Assembly (NCBI GenBank): GCA_008632985.1
Contig: QPGO01000019.1
Span: 558,001 to 622,000 of the forward strand
Direction: 5' to 3'
Length of the DNA: 64,000 bases
Source: Psammoneis japonica
Taxonomy: Eukaryota
Below are positions 62,551-64,000 of the stretch, piece after piece. How positions within the stretch are numbered: position 1 is the first letter of the stretch; each line of letters begins with the position of its first letter. The notes beneath the pieces are model-generated. The model was not told where the DNA came from, ran no database searches, and was given only the letters and a program-made list of their open reading frames with translations. Both the position numbers and the translations under genes were made by a program.

Positions 62551-63252
62551 ATGGCAGCTTACGTCTTGTACTGTTGGACGAGCACGTCAATGACTTCAGT
62601 TCTGAGTCACGCCTCGACAAGGAGATGTACCTTCGCCACCGTGCTGTCCCGCGCAGAAACTCTCACGACGCAATCAAAAGCTCCTACTCCAAAAAGTGAC
62701 GACAAGTTGAAGACTGGTACGAGCATAGGCGTTGTGACTCATGACCAAATTCGAAGAGCCAACAATAAGTATCGAGACCGAATAGAAATTCGTTCAGGTG
62801 GGAAGGGATGGGGACTTTTTGCCTTTGATGATTTTCAACCGCATCAATTGTTGATGAAGAGTCGCTCTCTATCCAAAAGTCCAACCCGAACCTTGCATTC
62901 TATCCAAACGAATTGGACGACACATGTCGAAATGGATTTGCCAGCTATCCTGATAAATCATGCCTGTGGGCCGTCCGCAGCCAATGTGTATGTCAAACCA
63001 AATGATTGGGGTGCGTACGACTTTTTTGCCATGAGGCTCATCAAAGATGGCGAGGAACTGCTGTTTGACTATGAAACGGTTGAAAGTGACATGACCAACA
63101 CGGGATTTACGTGCTCCTGTCATTCTCGAGATTGTCGAGGTAAACTGAAGGGATATCTACTTAATGCTGAGCTGATTCGAGATCAATACGGAGCGGGGGG
63201 TTGGAAGAAGTACGTTGCGCCATATCTCCTACAGGGAGGGCAACAAAAATAA
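62551..63252 (+). CDS. Small SET-domain methyltransferase with post-SET Cys cluster
   Basis: GKGWGLFA, INHACGP, GEELLFDYE, FTCSCHSRDCRG. Confidence 0.9.
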   Translation: MAAYVLYCWTSTSMTSVLSHASTRRCTFATVLSRAETLTTQSKAPTPKSDDKLKTGTSIGVVTHDQIRRANNKYRDRIEIRSGGKGWGLFAFDDFQPHQLLMKSRSLSKSPTRTLHSIQTNWTTHVEMDLPAILINHACGPSAANVYVKPNDWGAYDFFAMRLIKDGEELLFDYETVESDMTNTGFTCSCHSRDCRGKLKGYLLNAELIRDQYGAGGWKKYVAPYLLQGGQQK

Positions 63253-64000
63253 ACGCAATACTTTAGAGATTTTATCGTCTTTTGTACAATGCAGTACTGT
63301 ACATCCAATCCAGTTCATCCATTCGAGATTGATGCATTTTTTGAACACCATCAGAAATAATGGTACTTCAAGCGTTGATGAAGAGTGAAAGCCCAGACAA
63401 GCTATTGAAAAGACGTCGTAACCCGCCACTTCTTTGGTTTCTATTAAGTTTGTGAGAAACTAGCCTTTGAGAGATGTCTTGTAACTCAAATCGCTTCCTA
63501 ATCCTCCGTGAAACCAACTCACCAAAAGAAAAAGCTGCAGCGTAGTACTTGTCGTCTGTCCACGTCCTTCGTCTCGGTGCTTCAATTTATGAATAATGCG
63601 TGCGTTGGTCGTTGCCGACTGGCAGCCAATTTCCCAATACATCACAAATTGGCACGCGGCTGAAGGTTCCCGAGATAATGTCAAATCCACCGAGATCAAG
63701 TCGTAATCTCAGCGAGGCGTTGCCCCCACCTGCACAAGCTCGTTGTCGATGCACTCAAAACTGGCTTGGATGCCTTGGCGAGGCTTGTCGACACACTGAA
63801 AAACATATCTCCTGATCTTTGAACTTGTGTTGAATAAAATGTAATAATCGATGCTTAGCTTTTGCTGACGAAACCTTCCCGTACCGGAGACCCAATGCGA
63901 TTTTCAATTTATACCAAGGTTAGCCAACGGGGATGGCAGGATATACGTAGGGTTCGTTGTGGTACCGCAGCTTCTCGCTAGCACACATATATTCCTGCAC

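Noticed and set aside
62551..63252. SET protein as a component of the hypermutation system
   Set aside because: Adjacency is the only link, and proximity does not imply shared function in eukaryotes.

Overview
Eukaryotic DNA, most likely a diatom or related stramenopile (inferred from gene and transposon families). Eight intact host genes (ARM-MYND, HET/TIR-like-ARM, beta-propeller, Ser-rich secreted protein, CP-motif heme oxygenase, M6 metalloprotease, membrane protein, SET protein) alternate with four degenerate islands covering about 37 of 64 kb: ~1.7-10.0, ~13.1-28.9, ~41.4-52.9 and ~60.7-62.5 kb. The first three hold an RLE-type LINE pair, two Copia elements, a Gypsy-like integrase, a DIRS-type element and an LRR pseudogene; the fourth is unclassified. 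Main observation: inside the islands TpA has been almost eliminated, converted to TpG or CpA (A:T to G:C on either strand), so conserved Tyr becomes Cys or His in every transposon enzyme. An LTR pair and edge-versus-interior repeat copies indicate the direction and place the change in DNA after insertion. It is separable from CpG decay and spares genes, a MITE and tandem repeats. It resembles a transposon-targeted hypermutation defence opposite in direction to fungal RIP. I know of no description of it but cannot check the literature. All counts were made by eye and island boundaries are approximate.
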